Part shown: positions 11,310 through 23,561 of the stretch, piece after piece | Position numbering within the stretch: the first letter of the stretch is position 1 | Layout: each line of letters opens with the position of its first letter | Assembly (NCBI RefSeq): GCF_001194135.2 | Contig: NC_068987.1 | Coordinates: 94,986,289-95,050,288, forward strand | Length of the DNA: 64,000 bases | Direction of reading: 5' to 3' | Source of the DNA: Octopus bimaculoides | Taxonomy: Eukaryota | Notes under the pieces: model-generated | What the model saw: only the letters and a program-made list of their open reading frames with translations | Databases searched by the model: none | Told to the model about the DNA's origin: nothing | Program-made: the position numbers and the translations under genes

Positions 11310-11915
11310 AATGTCGCTGTTATCAGAGCCATCCTTTGAGTTTTCCTGGAAGGCCCGATCCTTCAATCCTCGTCACCCACTCCCTCTGTCTGGTTCCCAC
11401 TATTGGTAATGTTGCTTCTGTCAGTCGGTGAATATTCAGGCAACTTTCCTTAGTCGGTGGATTATGTGTAGCTTGATCCTGTTTGTCAGTTTGCTTCTGC
11501 TAGCCACCATACCGCTAGATTTATTAGCCTTAAAAGTCATTCTAGCTCATGTTACTTGGTGTTGAAGTGAACTTAGCATCTGTTTCGCCTCATTATGGGT
11601 TTTGGTTGTCATTGTGAGAACATCAATGAATCCCCTTGTCGGATGTTGTTGGCTGCTTGACCATCTTTTCTGTTCTTCGACGTCCAGCATTGGTTATACG
11701 GAAGTTCATTCCATGTTGAGAGAATGGTGGACGAGTTTGAGAAAGGAACTTTAGAGCCAGCTATGATTTCCTTCTCGAGGTCTTGTGATCGATTTGTTTT
11801 GAAATGCAATTGGATGCATCTGGTGAAGATACTCTCGGTCTTGATGTCGGAGATAAGTCTGTATGATTGAGAGAACGCGATGTAGATTTGTACGCATTCA
11901 CCAAATCTTGCCAAA
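11310..11915 (-). mobile_element. HERO-like (RLE group) non-LTR RT fragment
   Basis: Frameshifted motifs VWQDLVNAY, QDLEKEIIAG, EAKQML, ARMTFKANKS, EGSGLPGKLKGWL, matching my recollection of HERO-clade RT (W.DLANAYGS, WARM.FK..KS, SGLPGK.K.W). Confidence 0.6.
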
Positions 11916-11929
11916 CCGTTGTAAGGTCA

Positions 11930-12530
11930 TTTTAGTATTTTCTTTGGTAGGTCTGGGGTTCTCGGATCATCCTACAAAAAAACTTCGTTGTGCTGCGTCC
12001 CAGAATTCTGGCATCTCAGAAAGAACGCATCCGAGACGACTGATATCTCAGAGGACTGTTCGTCATTGAGCATCCTAGGAGCAAACTTTGCAAAAATTTT
12101 ACGCGTGTTTAGATCTTCGTGAATAATTCTGTGTACAGATGCTACACAAACTTCAGACTTTATGCTTATTGTCTTTACAGATACATAATCTTCTAAAAGA
12201 TTGCTAGTTTTCTCAACCAGCTCTGATGAACTTTTCCCTCCAACATCTTTTATCTCCTCTCTACCGTCCTTGAAATTCTTCTGCCAGCGAAAAAAAAAAA
12301 TTGGTTGTCTCATACAAGTTAATCCATAGGCAGTCTGGAGCATTTCATAAGGTTCTGGAACGTTTTTGCTCAGTTTAACATAAAATTTATTGCATCGAGA
12401 GATTCCAACGAGTCTTCGTATCTCTGCTGCATTCTTCAAACGAGTTAGCTGTGACAAGCAGTGTTTAGTAGGACGTGATCAAAGTCTTGTTACAGCCGTC
12501 TCCCTCAATGTGAAATAAAGGAAGTTGGTG
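11930..12530 (-). mobile_element. Tc1/mariner transposase relic (N-terminal HTH to WVPHEL-equivalent region)
   Basis: ORF 11972-12457: KFYVKLSK, YEMLQTAYG, FRWQKNFKDGRE, VHRIIHEDL, RKIFAKFAPRML. Confidence 0.8.
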
Positions 12531-12890
12531 GCAGGTCAGTTTATTTGATGTGCTATACAAGAATTACAATAATCTAGGACAGTTATAACTGCTTCTCCTA
12601 AAAAAGTTTGAAAACTTTTGGAAGGCTCTGCATTGACAAGGGGCAACACCCTGAAACTAGTCTGCAGATGCCAAACCAGCAGGGGGACACTGCTGACCTC
12701 CCCTGTTCGAAGGTTATAAAGGACACAGGTTTCGTGTGTCACATAGCTAGCTAGAGGCGATGGCTTCTTGGAGCTAATTCACGGCAGCTTTCGTCCTAAT
12801 TTTGGGACTGCCATGTTGGCTTGGCGATAACTATTAATTTCCAGTACCGCTGCCGTAGTCTCCTTTAGAGAGACTTAGAAATATTAATAA

Positions 12891-12915
12891 CTCTCTCTCT
12901 CTCTCTCTCTCTCTG

Positions 12916-12972
<57 letters not shown>
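12891..12972. repeat. (CT)n(AT)n microsatellite
   Basis: Directly visible. Confidence 0.95.
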
Positions 12973-12976
<4 letters not shown>

Positions 12977-13394
12977 ATATAAATATTGGTGTGTGCGCGC
13001 GCTCGGAGATGAGTAAGTGTTCAGTTGTTTCATCAATCGACTTCAGTGAATTCGCGTGAAGTGACCGAGTATTCAAGAGACATGTCTACCTTAATATAAT
13101 TCTTCTTTTGAATCGGCAAAACAGTTTGACAATGCTGAAAGCTTGACTCACAGCCACGACTCATCTGACTGGTTGGTTTTCGTGGTTTCTGTCAACGACA
13201 TATCACTTCAAAGGCTTAGGGATAGCCTAAACTTTGGCAAAAAAAACAAACACATTTACCCAAGATGCCATGCGGTAATATACACTCAGGGATCACGTGA
13301 CTGCGAAACAAACTGAACCCTCGACTACTCAGTGATGATTGCATCTCTCCTTCCCTCCTGTTTATCCGTCTGTCTGCATATCTCTCACTGTGCA

Positions 13395-13429
<35 letters not shown>

Positions 13430-14909
13430 AACATATACATACGTATTTCTGCGACTCTCCACCCTGTTCTCTGCCTATTTTTTTCTTTCTATTTATTCCT
13501 CTATCATCCTCTATAGTTTTCTTTCCTTCCTTTGTCTCTCTTTCTTTCACTCTTTACTATCTCTTCCCTTCTCCCTTTTTACTCCCTTTGTTTCTTTCCC
13601 TCATCCTCTCCTCCCCTTCCCCTCTGGTTGTTGCTTACACGTGACTACAGGCCATCTGTCTTGTCTCTGTCTTTTATGGATTGGACAGCCAGCCAGCCGG
13701 GCGTCATTTCTATTACTTCCCGATTTATTTTCTCTAATATTTATTCTTTACCCTTTCAAAATTTCTCCCATGCGTAACCCATCACAATACGTCTTGGCCT
13801 AACGGCCCTAAATGTCTGTCTTCGTCGATTGCTTATTTACGTACATCCACTCTGTCGTTTGCTCGTTCGAGGCCCTAACCCTCCACAAATTTTATATTTT
13901 TAAAATTTCTGGTTGCTACTGTCTTATGAAGTTTTCCTGTCTTGTTAAAAGCACGAAACAGGGAGTAATATCACAGTCGATAACCGAGAAGGTGTTAGAC
14001 CTCCTTTGGTAGTTTTCCCGTACTTATCTTTCGTTGTGTTTACGTAATTTTCACTCGTTGGTGATGTCCTGTTCTTAATGTGTATTTAACATTTATTTCA
14101 TATATATATATATATATGTATGTATGCTTCCGTACACACACGCATACATATACAAAGAGAGAAAGCAAGAAACAGACGGACAGAGACTGAGGCAGACAAA
14201 GAAAGAATAAAGAAGCGCAGAAAAGGTTGAAAAGAAAACACAAACCATATTTCAAATGTTAGAAATGAATAGCGTATTGAAGAGAAGACGACGGCATAGG
14301 TGTTGGTCAACAAGACAGGATGACCACAATAGGCAGAGGGATATATACGAAAATTTACGGCAAATATTTAAGTCTGTTAACCTTACAAAGAACAAACACT
14401 GAAACACTTACACAGAAACTCAGACAAAAATACACATACACACACGTACATATATACACACACGTATATACACATACTGATTCACGTGCATATAAAGGAA
14501 GGCAGCTGTACCATAATTGCAAAAGAACCCACTTTAAAACCTTTATACAGATATGAGCATACTCACCTGTCTGCTAACGCGCACATGCACGCACACTGTT
14601 TGACGTACACATACAACACACAAAGAAACACTCACATACATAGATAATTACTTAGATATGGAAAAACCTAGAAAGCAGTGAGAGAAAGTGTGTGTGAGAG
14701 AGAGAGAGAGAGAGCAAGCAAGAGAGGCTGGGCTGAAGTATGTTATTTAATCGATACGATGTAACTTGTAATAGAATAGAAGAGCAAGAGTAACCATTGC
14801 CAACCAGAGTCTACAGCCAGACAGCTTCATCATTTTTAATATCTTCTGGTGAGAGGAGATTTTAGGAAAATCGATACTAGGAGTGTGTGCGTGAGAGGGA
14901 GAGCGAGAG

Positions 14910-14969
<60 letters not shown>

Positions 14970-16746
14970 CGCATACAAAGGCACATACAACACATTTATG
15001 TACGTTTATAAATACATGCATATTTACAAAGATGTGTATGTATATATACATACATATATAGAGAGAGAGATGTATGTATATATATATGTATGTACATATA
15101 TATACACACATGTGCATATGAATTTGTACATGTACGTATGTTTGTGTGCAATAAATATATGCTAATTATACATACATGCGCACACATACGTATGTCGCCA
15201 AAACATCTATATACATATGAGTGAGTGAATGAGTGTGTTTCTGTGTGTGTGTGTGTGTGTGAGTGTGTGTTTGTTTGTTTGTGCGTCTATGTACAAACAT
15301 ATTTATAACAGATATAGATCTATACGAAAATTAAGATTCGGATATTATTCCATGATTTGTTGAAATGTTGTCCTTCTTTCGTGGTGAACTGCTAATTATT
15401 GTTACTGGGTTTGTTTTTCCAGCATTAATCAATATTATCTTTAACCTTATTCATCCATTTCAGGTCATTCGCTTATTCGGCCTAGAAAAGCAGTTTCAGA
15501 GGCCCGACGAGGGTTCTGGCTGCTTAGTTCTGCAGCCAATTTAGATGGTTACTTTTTTTAAACGTAGCAGATTCTCGCCTGCAGCAAAAACACGTTACTA
15601 AAGTGGCTGCCCTCTGCGCTCCGGGCACCCACAGATCCTACGCTCCACCAATCAATCTTTTAATAAATCTACAAATTTAATATCGCTCTAAAATATTTTG
15701 CTGTAACGAATTCGTTTTTCTCAGTTTTACCAAAATGGTATGCTTATTAAAAGGATACACTATACTTATTATCCAAAAATGTCGTACAGGACCATGAACT
15801 AATCACACGCTCTCTCTGTCTCTCTCTCTCTCGCACGCACGCACGAGAATTGATTTCGGAGTTGAAAATGCACCTGGAATTTAAAACGAACTGTAGTCTT
15901 TTTATATTTCTTAAAATACCATATCGGTTTCCACAACTTTTTTTTCCGTTACTTTCCTTAGAAAATGCAAAATTATAAAAGGAGATAATCATTTCAAACG
16001 AAGAGAATGCAAAGCTAAAAGTTTCCTAATGATAAAATATATTCAAAATCGTTCAATAGATTTCGTAGCAAAATCACATGAGGGAAATTCAAGTGTTGAA
16101 GAAGTTTCACAGCAATAGGAAATGATGTAGGTTCACAACATTAGTACATGATGGATCTATGAAAGCTCAATAGGTTTCAAATGAAAGTTATATTAGCAAA
16201 TTAGATAGAATTATTTCGTTCTTCATTAAAATCTTCCTAAGTTGTTCTGTTGTATTGTGTAAAGGAGAATTGTTACCCGATTGCTGCACTGCTAGAGCCT
16301 TGAACTGCATTTCCACTTGGTATTTGTATATAGAGATTTTAAGACAGGTTCAAGTTCTCACTGACCCCTTACTAATAAACGTCAGTCGTTCTGGTTGGCT
16401 GGGTGCCTGAGTACGTCGTTTACTTTTATGGTTACTTATTAGTGTTTGGCCAGCGGTTTGGTTGGTTGATTTCAGTTGCTCAGAGCTCTGAACACTTGTT
16501 TTTGCTCCAAAGTAGTCCAGCATTCTGGCTGGTTGATTGATTGATTGATTGATTCTGGACGTCACTTGTTTTTTACTAGAAGACATAATTCAATTGGTTA
16601 ATTCTACGGTGGCATCAGCAAAGAGTGACGAAGAAGTATAATTATGCATTAAATTGAAGTTAGAGTTTCGACTCCAGGAGGAAAACAGTTAACTCAAGTT
16701 TTGATTTGTTTTATTGCTTCTAGTTGTTTAGTTTTGGTTTATTATT

Positions 16747-17160
16747 CTTATTTCTTTATTGCCCACAAGGGGCTAAACATAGAGGGTACATACAAAGGGA
16801 TTAAATCGATAACATCGACCCCCAGTGAGTTACTGGTACTTAATTTATCGACCCCGAAAGCATGAAAGGCAAAGTCAACCTCGGCGGAATTTGAAGTCAG
16901 AACGTAACGGCAGACGAAATACTTATTTCGTTATTGCCCACAAGGGGCTAAACATAGAGGGAACAAACAAGAACAGACGAACGGATTAAGTCGATTACAT
17001 CGACCCCAGTGCGTAACTGGTACTTAATTTATCGATCCCGAAAGGATGAAAGGCAAAGTCGACCTCGGCGGAATTTGAACTCAGAACGTAACGGCAGACG
17101 AAATACGGCTAAGCATTTCGCCCGGCGTGCTAACGTTTCTGCCAGCTCGCCGCCTTTATA
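16747..17160 (-). mobile_element. SINE family B head-to-tail dimer (full monomer + 5'-truncated monomer), tail variant 1
   Basis: Monomer 17155-16922 (aggcggcgagctggcagaaacgttagc, B-box-like gagttcaaattcc, core gcctttcatcctttcgggatcgataaattaagtacc); second unit 16921-16747; direct repeat TGGTTTATTATT at 16735-16746 and 17161-17172. Confidence 0.85.
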
Positions 17161-17199
17161 TGGTTTATTATTTTTAATAAACATATTTTTCTTATTTAG

Positions 17200-17427
17200 T
17201 TGGAACGTGTCTAAGCTGTTCCCGTTGCAATGGTATAAAGAGAATCGGGCATTTGAAATATTCGTTTGATGGGTAAAAATCAAAATGTTTACACGCTGGT
17301 ATCTTTATCGCGCTTAGGACTGATAGCTGTTGGTAGTGCACCGTTATTCTGTGCTTCATAATTAATCGTGTTTGTCCTGTGCAGTCTTTACCACACTCAC
17401 CGCATTTCATAATACAAGTATACATAT
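17200..17427 (-). mobile_element. Penelope-like GIY-YIG endonuclease fragment
   Basis: Translates MYTCIMKCGECGKDCTGQTRLIMKHRITVHYQQ..KIPACKHF, matching the PLE pattern IYC..C..C...YIGQT...L..R...H and the later P...HF. Confidence 0.6.
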
Positions 17428-17995
17428 TGGCAGTGCGGTTAAGATGCTCGCTTTGAAACCGCGTGGTTTCGGTTTTAGTCCCACTGCACGGTATCTTGAG
17501 CAAGTGTCTCCTGCTGTTGCCGCGGTCCCACCAATTGATTGTGAGTGAATTTGGTAGACAGAAACTATCTGGAAGCCCCTCGTATGTGTATGCACGCGTA
17601 TGTATGACTGCGTTTGTGTTTTTTCCTCTGAACACATAATGCCTGGTGTTGGTATGTTTACGATCCCGTAACTTAGTGGTTTGGTGAAAGAGAAGGATAA
17701 AATAAGTACCGGCGATCTTTCGTTTTGAGTACATTTTACGTCATTTCTATTACACGTGCGTTTGTTTATGTTTCTGAACAAGATCGTCGCTTTCCGTAAA
17801 CGGGTTTTAGGGTTAGGGAATTCCGTCCCTAGCCCTAACCCTAAAACCCTTTTACGGAAATATAAACAAAGGCACGTGGATTAGAAATGACGTAAAATGT
17901 ACTCAAAACGAAAGATCGCCTAAGTATCTGACTTGGGGGACAAAAACATAAGCACTGGCTTCAATTTGTTCGACTAAAACCTTTCACAGTTGCTC
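17428..17995 (+). mobile_element. Diverged SINE family A copy interrupted by a MITE
   Basis: tggcagtgcggttaag head, ttagtcccactgca, cttgagcaagtgtc, ggtagacagaaact; the 3' module resumes after the MITE at 17921. Confidence 0.75.
17711..17920. mobile_element. 210-bp non-autonomous DNA transposon (MITE), GG..CC termini, internal telomere-type repeats
   Basis: 39-bp perfect TIR (60/64 when extended); flanks TAAGTACC / TAAGTATC (8-bp TSD, 1 mismatch); inner inverted arms carrying TTAGGGTTAGGG / CCCTAACCCTAA. Confidence 0.85.
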
Positions 17996-18420
17996 CACCC
18001 CCACGTTACTGACTAGCAAGGGGTTAATAGGACTGCAAAAGGAGTTTTCAAATATAAATGAGAAGAAGATAAAGAAGCATTGGTTATAGAATAAACATTA
18101 AATCTGGGTCAACGACTTTACATACAACACCACCCCTCAAACATTTAATCATATATAAAAATCACCATGGTCTACAAACACAAAAAAATAATACATATAC
18201 ATAAAATCACAGAAGGTAAAAGTATATTTCGAATAAAATACAAATAAAACGGCCAATCAAAAATATTAAATATAAACGGCTAAAAATTCAAAAAACTTAA
18301 TAGACAAATATAAAATAAGTAAAGCTCAAAATAGAAATAAAATAAATATCTACCGACTAAAAAAGTTTTATCAAACGATTAAAATATTTTTTTAAAAATT
18401 AGAAATGCTTTTTTAAATAT

Positions 18421-18598
18421 TTGAAAAAAGTCTTTTACTTACCTCATACAAATACGTCCAAACTTCATAAGTAAAGAGACTTCCACCGGTCAAATTCACA
18501 TATATCTTGAAAAAAGTCTTTTACTCCGTCCACACAAGTACGTCCAAAAGTTCATAATGAGCAGACTTCACAGGTCAAATTCAACATTCACATATATC
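18421..18598. repeat. Imperfect tandem duplication, ~86-92 bp unit, 2 copies
   Basis: ttgaaaaaagtcttttact...tacgtccaaa...ttcataa...gacttc...ggtcaaattca...catatatc occurs twice. Confidence 0.8.
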
Positions 18599-19269
18599 TC
18601 TGGCCATTTCGAGAGCTCGCCACCGCAGTTTATTTACACTAAAGTGCAACATGGCGATGACACTCCCACCTCAGGATAAACAGGAGACACGAACAGATCA
18701 AAAAGCTTATACTCTTTTGTTGAAAAGCTTATATAATTTAAAATAAAACCCCCCTAAACAGATCAGTCCAAATTTTCTAATAAAAAAAGTCTATTGCTAA
18801 ACACTCAGGAGGCTGTAGTTAACAGAAATTCAGCCTCGCCGGTTTCAAATCCCCGTAACGCTAAACAATTTTATTACCTCTACTTTTATTTCTATACACT
18901 TTCAAAAAGGTGGACGAAAACCTATGGTTGCAAAAAGGGATCACCTCGGTAAATCTATTCAAAGTTTTGGGCCCAAAAGACTTAAGGATGGCAAGGGATT
19001 CTTTTACACACAACTTACAATTATTTATATTTACTCTGAAGGAAGGTACTCTCGATATAATGGACCATTCTAGAGAATATATATATATATANNNNNNNNN
19101 NNNNNNNNNNNNNNNNNNNNNNNNNNNNNNNNNNNNNNNNNNNNNNNNNNNNNNNNNNNNNNNNNNNNNNNNNNNNNNNNNNNNNNNNNNTATATTCTTT
19201 TATGCGTATCAGTCTTAAAACTGTGGCCTTGCTGGGGTACTGCTATTATTATCATTACCTTTTCAATAG

Positions 19270-19865
19270 CCATTCTCTCGGGAATGACTTTTGGTGAAGA
19301 GGGAAGTATTTGCCACCCTCTTTTGAGTTTGTTGTATTGTAATATTGGTTAATCTGGGAGTTTGAACAGCAGAAGATGGAGTTGCTTCTTGAAAACATCT
19401 ACCCTAATTCCATGTGCATCTCTCAGATTTTTTTGGCAAGATAAATAGCTGTGGACCTTTGAATGCCAAGCTATTGCTATACCTAGTCCTCACCTTAGAC
19501 GGGATGGATGGAACCCTTGTAACAAGGCACTGACATTCATTTAGGGAATTGAAATAATTCTCGATGTCAAAATTTAGAGCCAACCACTCTAGGATATCAC
19601 AAGCATATCTCTCCCAGCTTCGTTCCAGAGAGTTGGGTCGTAGTTCTTTCAGTTTCTTCCAATTGCTTGGCTGTTCCTTTGATGAAATATTCCTGGTGTA
19701 ACATCATTGAACTACTTCAAGCTCCGCACTTAATTTGACGCTGTGGCCCAGAGAACTGAGGAGAAACTGTTCTCCATAGAACTAGCATAGTTTCCAGTTC
19801 CCTTGATCTGAAAGTTCTCAGAATTCGTTCGGCCACTCGACTGCGTATTGCCACTATCTTACATA
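19270..19865 (-). mobile_element. CR1-group LINE 3' fragment
   Basis: ILRTFRSRELETMLVLWRT, then frameshifted remnants of WERLKEL, SLERRRERY, FKGPQLFN.LP and FKKQL, typical of the CR1 RT C-terminus. Confidence 0.8.
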
Positions 19866-20179
19866 TGTACGCACGCACACTCAAACACACGCGCGCGCAC
19901 TCAAACACACGCGCGCGCATAAACGGATATATAAAGGGAATGCAGTCGAGTTGTAGTGATATCTGCGTACATAAATACTCATTAATAGAAACAAATCGTA
20001 TAAGTATGTAACAAAAAGCATACAAATATATTCTGAGTTTGTAGAGAATTTGTATGAATGTATACGTGTGTATCTGGTTGATTTTAGCACTGAAATACGC
20101 CAATGTATGTGCTTTCAGGCAACGTATATATCAAGTAGAAAGAGAAAAGCTGCGAGTATAGATTCATGAGTACACTAAT

Positions 20180-20316
20180 ATACAGCCATATACATACATA
20201 CATTCATACATACATACATACATACTATACATACACACACATGTATATATATTTTATACACATACAAATATATGCATATATATATATGCATATATATATA
20301 CAAATGGATATATATG

Positions 20317-20393
<77 letters not shown>

Positions 20394-20500
20394 ATATATA
20401 TATGCATATACACAAATATATATATATATATACATACATACAGAGGGAGAGAGAGAGAGAGAGAAAGAGAGGGGTGAGAGAGATAAATACATACATAGAT
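20180..20500. repeat. (CATA)n/(TA)n/(GA)n microsatellite block
   Basis: Directly visible. Confidence 0.95.
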
Positions 20501-20895
20501 ACATACATATTCATTTAATTTCCTGAAAATGTATAGTACATAGGTATGTAGTGTGTGTCACAAGGCAGGTGTGCGTGTTGAACTGAATTCTGGACACAAT
20601 CCAAACTGTTTTCATAATCATTTTGCTATTCATATTTTCACTTTCTCTCCGTTTCCTATTTTTCATCAATTTTTCTATTTTTCTCTTTCGCTTCTTTAAA
20701 AATAACTTTTCAAATTTTCTCTAATCCCACTTCTATCAGTGTCTAACTCTTACTGTGTGAACTACTGCTTATATAAGTTTGTGTATATGTATCTATGTGT
20801 GTTAGATCAATATTTCTTTCAGTATGTCTGATTGGAATCTCTCACTCACTCTCTTTCTTTCTTACTCTCTCTCTCTCTTTCTCTCTTTTTTTCTT

Positions 20896-20934
<39 letters not shown>

Positions 20935-21039
20935 TTCTCTCTCCCTCTTTCTGTGTTTGTATACAGTTGGCTGTCTTTGTATACACGTCTTTAAGCTATA
21001 TAGTTGAAACACGGTGTCTTTAAATATTGGTGTATTACA

Positions 21040-21195
21040 AGCATTGCCTCAAATTCGCTATGTGAATTCGGTCGATTATATGAACCCGTATACATAACTG
21101 GTACTGAATTTATCGAATCAGAAAGGAGCAAAAGTGAAGCTGGCTTTAGAGTGTTCGAAACCTGAATATAAGCGATGATAATTAATTGCGGCACT
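21040..21195 (-). mobile_element. Degenerate SINE family B copy
   Basis: gtcgatta, taactggtactgaatttatcga, gaaagga match the SINE B core on the reverse strand. Confidence 0.5.
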
Positions 21196-21216
21196 ATTGT
21201 TTCTGTCAATTTACAG

Positions 21217-21334
21217 CCTTAGTGTCTGCGAAGTATATCTCTACAATATATGTAGGTACTCAGTCGGATATCTGATGACATGCTTGTCCCAGACAACTGG
21301 CTGGAATCTGCGACAGAAAAACCATTTGTCATCG
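21217..21334 (+). CDS. Weak candidate coding exon, 118 nt (LSVCEVYLYNICRYSVGYLMTCLSQTTGWNLRQKNHLSS)
   Basis: Acceptor ttgtttctgtcaatttacAG and donor GTATGT; a single open frame whose entry phase (2) matches the exit phase of 10912-10974. May be chance. Confidence 0.25.
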
Positions 21335-21623
21335 GTATGTTTTCATGCATTAAGACAGCAGCTGCATTGAGAAAACTGGTCGCAAATAGCAAGACAGGCA
21401 TATTAACAGATTGTTAGAATGAATGTAATCCAAATTTATCAAGTGGTTCCGTAGATAATGTCATAGTCACCAATGAATAAACTAATAAACTGAAAATAAT
21501 CAGTATTGGAAACTGAAAGAAGCTTCTTTAAATAAACTGAGCTCGACAACTTGTTGAAAACTACAACGAGAAACTAGCACGCCTCATTTTATCAGTTTAC
21601 AAGAGAGCACCCAAATAACTACA

Positions 21624-21658
<35 letters not shown>

Positions 21659-22973
21659 CACTACTTTTGACATTGACCCAATCATTCCTGATGCATATAT
21701 GACTGTGAAACCCAGACCCGTTACTTGTTGAGCCAATCGCTATACATTCTCATAGAACAATAATAGTAAACCTTAGTAAGACAAAATATTGAATCGTAAT
21801 TCAAACAACGAAGAATTACGAGAACTTCCCGAGCAGGTTCCCATAAACAACAGTGAAACTCTATCAAATGAACTCTGCTAAAAAGTTTCAATGTACAGTG
21901 TTTATTTACTTACATATTTGAACAAAACGTATAAATAATGAAGAACGAAGCCACAATCTTTAAAGACTTTGAGAAGCGAGACATCAAACAACACATTATA
22001 AATAACGGGCAAAAGAAATTATATAAATCATAGTACAAGATGGCGCTGCCAGTTCCCCACAATTCTTCACATAAAAATGTTCTCAAAAACACGTTCGACA
22101 ACGAACGTAAAAAAGAAAACAAAAAAAGCATCTACATTACGAGTGAAACCCATTATTCGTCTTTTTTCTTTGCTATCAATTAAAACAAAAGCGGAAAATA
22201 GGCATATTTACAAAATACAAAATTACTCTGACATATTCAATAAAAAAGTATTAGCTTATTCCATAAACACCGTAAATTTAGCCAGAACTTGCATCACATA
22301 TACCGTTACTAGTTCTAATTGTTGAGAATGTTCAAGAAATTTACAATAAAACAACCAATACAGGATCAATTTCTTAAAATTTAACCCCACACAAAATATT
22401 AACACAATTGTGCCAACAGATAGATACGTCTTTCTAGAGTTACTCGCCACCGAAATGCATGTAGAATCCTTTTAATATAAAAACGAAACCCTTGATCGAG
22501 ACTCAACGTAATGTGGTTCTTTGATCTGCCCTGCAGACAGGAAATATGTCTTGATCTTCTGAAACCAGTGAAAGTGATGTTGCCTCATTGGCTCGGGTTT
22601 GTTTTTGTGTGCAATTTTATGGCACAACAATATAGCGGGCCTGACTGAAAGGGTTGAGGGCTTACACCTGATATATCCGAGGGAGAGTTACTTCAGGCAG
22701 GAAATGCTGCAGACGAACGGTGTGAGTAGAAATATCTCATTTTTAGATAAATCATATGAAAAATACAGGCTTGAGACACAGGAACAATCGACTGGTGATC
22801 GTCTGTCGTTGTGCTTTGACCATAATAGTGCGTTTCATTGCTAGTCATTAACTGCTTATGAAACTCTCTCGTAGATTCCAAAATAAGTATTGACCAAGAT
22901 TATAAGTTTTAGTTACCTTTGGAACTGAACTGTCTAGTGCTTAGTCGCTGCTTTTTTAATATCCCTCAGTAAA

Positions 22974-23008
22974 AGGCGGCGAGCTGGCAGAAACGTTAGC
23001 ATACTGGT
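22974..23008 (+). mobile_element. SINE family B head fragment
   Basis: aggcggcgagctggcagaaacgttagca is identical to the family 5' end. Confidence 0.7.
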
Positions 23009-23052
23009 AGATCCATCAGTTTATTCAACTGATACATTATTCTATACACACA

Positions 23053-23110
<58 letters not shown>

Positions 23111-23143
23111 TTCATTGATACATGTATAAATACATACATACAT

Positions 23144-23530
23144 TTGTTGTAGGTGGCACTCCGTCGCTTACGACGTCGAGGGTTCCAGTTGATCCGATCA
23201 ACGGAACAGCCTGCTCGTGAAATTAACGTGCAAGTGGCTGAGCACTCCACAGACACGTGTACCCTTAACGTAGTTCTCGGGGATATTCAGCGTGACACAG
23301 TGTGACAAGGCTGACCCTTTGAATTACAGGCACAACAGAAACAGGAAGTAAGAGTGAGAGAAAGTTGTGGCGGAAGAGTACAGCAGGGTTCGTCACCATC
23401 CCCTGCCGGAGCCTCGTGGAGCTTTTAGGTGTTTTCGCTCAATAAACACTCACAACGCCTGGTCTGGGAATCGAAACCGCGATCCTATGACCGCGAGTCC
23501 ACTGCCCTAACCACTGGGCCATTGCGCCTC

Positions 23531-23531
<1 letters not shown>
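23144..23531 (-). mobile_element. SINE family C, full length, tRNA(Arg)-like head
   Basis: GGAGGCGCAATGGCCCAGTGGTTAGGGC (A-box), TCG in the anticodon-loop position, GGTTTCGATTCC (B-box), acaacaa tail; flanked by ATACATACATACAT on both sides. Confidence 0.9.

Positions 23532-23561
<30 letters not shown>

Noticed and set aside
15464-15560. Strong plus-strand acceptor followed by GC-richer sequence
   Set aside because: No good donor before stops in any frame, and the phase matching the earlier candidate exon stops after six codons.
16350-16586. 78-aa minus-strand ORF MSSSKKQVTSRINQSINQP...
   Set aside because: Contains a (GATT)n microsatellite, has no recognisable domain and no supporting splice signals.
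18018-18027. piggyBac-like end GGGG-TTAA
   Set aside because: No partner terminus or TIR found.
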